From Octopus vulgaris (taxonomy: Eukaryota), in NCBI GenBank assembly GCA_951406725.2, contig OX597829.1:53320001-53384000 (forward strand): a stretch of DNA of 64,000 nt, read 5' to 3'. Position numbers and translations under genes: made by a program. Positions 62,624-64,000 of this stretch are shown piece after piece. A model generated the notes under the pieces. The model made no database searches. It saw only the letters and a list, made by a program, of their open reading frames with translations, and was not told the DNA's origin. Numbering within the stretch: the stretch's first letter is position 1; each line of letters opens with the position of its first letter.

Positions 62624-64000
62624 TTAAATTATTACCATATATACCAGTGAACCCTCCTCTCTTGCACACCTTTTTCTTTTAGCTCATTTGTACACTAACT
62701 TATTACATCCATTTAATAATAACAATTTTATGAAATGCATTGCTCAGCTGTACTACAACTCGTTTGGAAATGTTAAAAGACGAAACTGCTAACTTTGGTG
62801 AAATAAAGGAAGAGCTAGCAATAAAAGCTAGAATATCCAAAGAGTTAAGGTGCTATATTATATCTTTTTGGAGTCTGGATGATCCTAGGATTGAAAATCT
62901 GCCCTTCATTTGGTTCTTGAACATCCAGTATTGAGATCTGATTTAAAAAGCACTTGGGTTGCTATTTCTAGCAGTTAAAGCTTGGCCGATTCACACCACC
63001 TTACTTGGTATTTGTCAGATAACGTCAGAGATCAAGAGAGGAGCAAAATGACATTCGCTTCGTTGAGATAAGAACTTTGGGACAGATTGGCCAACATTAG
63101 GAATTCAACTTGGGATTGGAACAATAAAAAGGAATGATTGCATTACAGAATTCATTCTCATCCGTCCTTAACTTCTGATTGAATACCATTGGGACATATA
63201 GTCATGCTATTTAGCTCTCTTTAGTTTTGGGCTGCAATCCCAATTAGCCCTTTGCAGGGGCTATTTTAAAAGTCCGCACAGAGTGTGGATTTTTTGCTGA
63301 TATATATATATATATATATATTTCACTTTTGTATTTGGTTTCCAAGATTCTTGATTTGAATCCATGTGTTGAAACATGCCAATCATAAATGCACATTGGT
63401 TCTGTTTCAGTTCTTTATTTGTCAATTAGTTAACTATTTGACCAATTAACTAATGAATAGTTTGGTCAGTCAATCAACTAGGTTTGTCAAAGTCTTTCCA
63501 TTGCTGTGCACAACCTCATCAATCACTTACCCTCTTTAACTCCCAAGTCTGCTTCAAGTCTGTCTGTCTGCTCCTAGCTACTCGTAGCCATCCATCCCTT
63601 CTGTGTATAAGTTAAGATATATAGGTGTGCATGTATACATGTATGTGTGTATGTATGTGTGTAAAAATGCATTCCCCACTCTACCAGGGGGCACCTTGAC
63701 ATGACTTTTGGCGTTTATTGCCAATGGTGAGAATTTTTCTCAGCAGCAAACAGCAGTGAATTACAGGCCAAATATATTCCAAACATATTTGAACGGACCT
63801 AAATGTTTGTTCACTTACAACCCTGCTTTGTCGTGCCTACTACAACAACATTTTGTTCTAGCCCGGGCCCCGAGTCACACAATCCAGTTATGTTTTGATA
63901 TTGATTTATTATAAGGAAGTAAAAGCTTCCAATCACTTCAGGGTTGTCTCTTTTGTGGTATACAGTGCTGATCATAACCAAGAAGCTAGAAATGTACTCT

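Overview
AT-rich, repeat-dense eukaryotic DNA. The repeat content ((CAT)n-tailed RTE LINEs, abundant tRNA-derived SINEs, long microsatellites) resembles an octopus/coleoid cephalopod genome; this is inferred, not proven. One host gene is clearly supported: the 5' part of a GLYR1/N-PAC/NP60 orthologue on the + strand. Nine GT-AG exons (16022-60509) splice in frame into 394 codons: a PWWP domain, a basic low-complexity linker, and the start of a beta-hydroxyacid-dehydrogenase Rossmann fold. The gene continues beyond the window. The rest is mobile DNA: a 5'-truncated RTE LINE with a long open RT ORF that carries a C4HC3 PHD-like finger, many RTE 3' fragments, a decayed Chapaev3-like transposase, a Tc1-like element with DD36E spacing, piggyBac-like and hAT MITEs, Helitron-like ends, an RLE-LINE fragment and several SINE families. 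The most notable observations are a tRNA-headed SINE carrying a hammerhead-ribozyme-like core, the PHD finger inside the RT, 160-bp and ~60-bp target-site-like duplications, and many local fold-back palindromes. Most short ORFs in the supplied track are artefacts of repeats.
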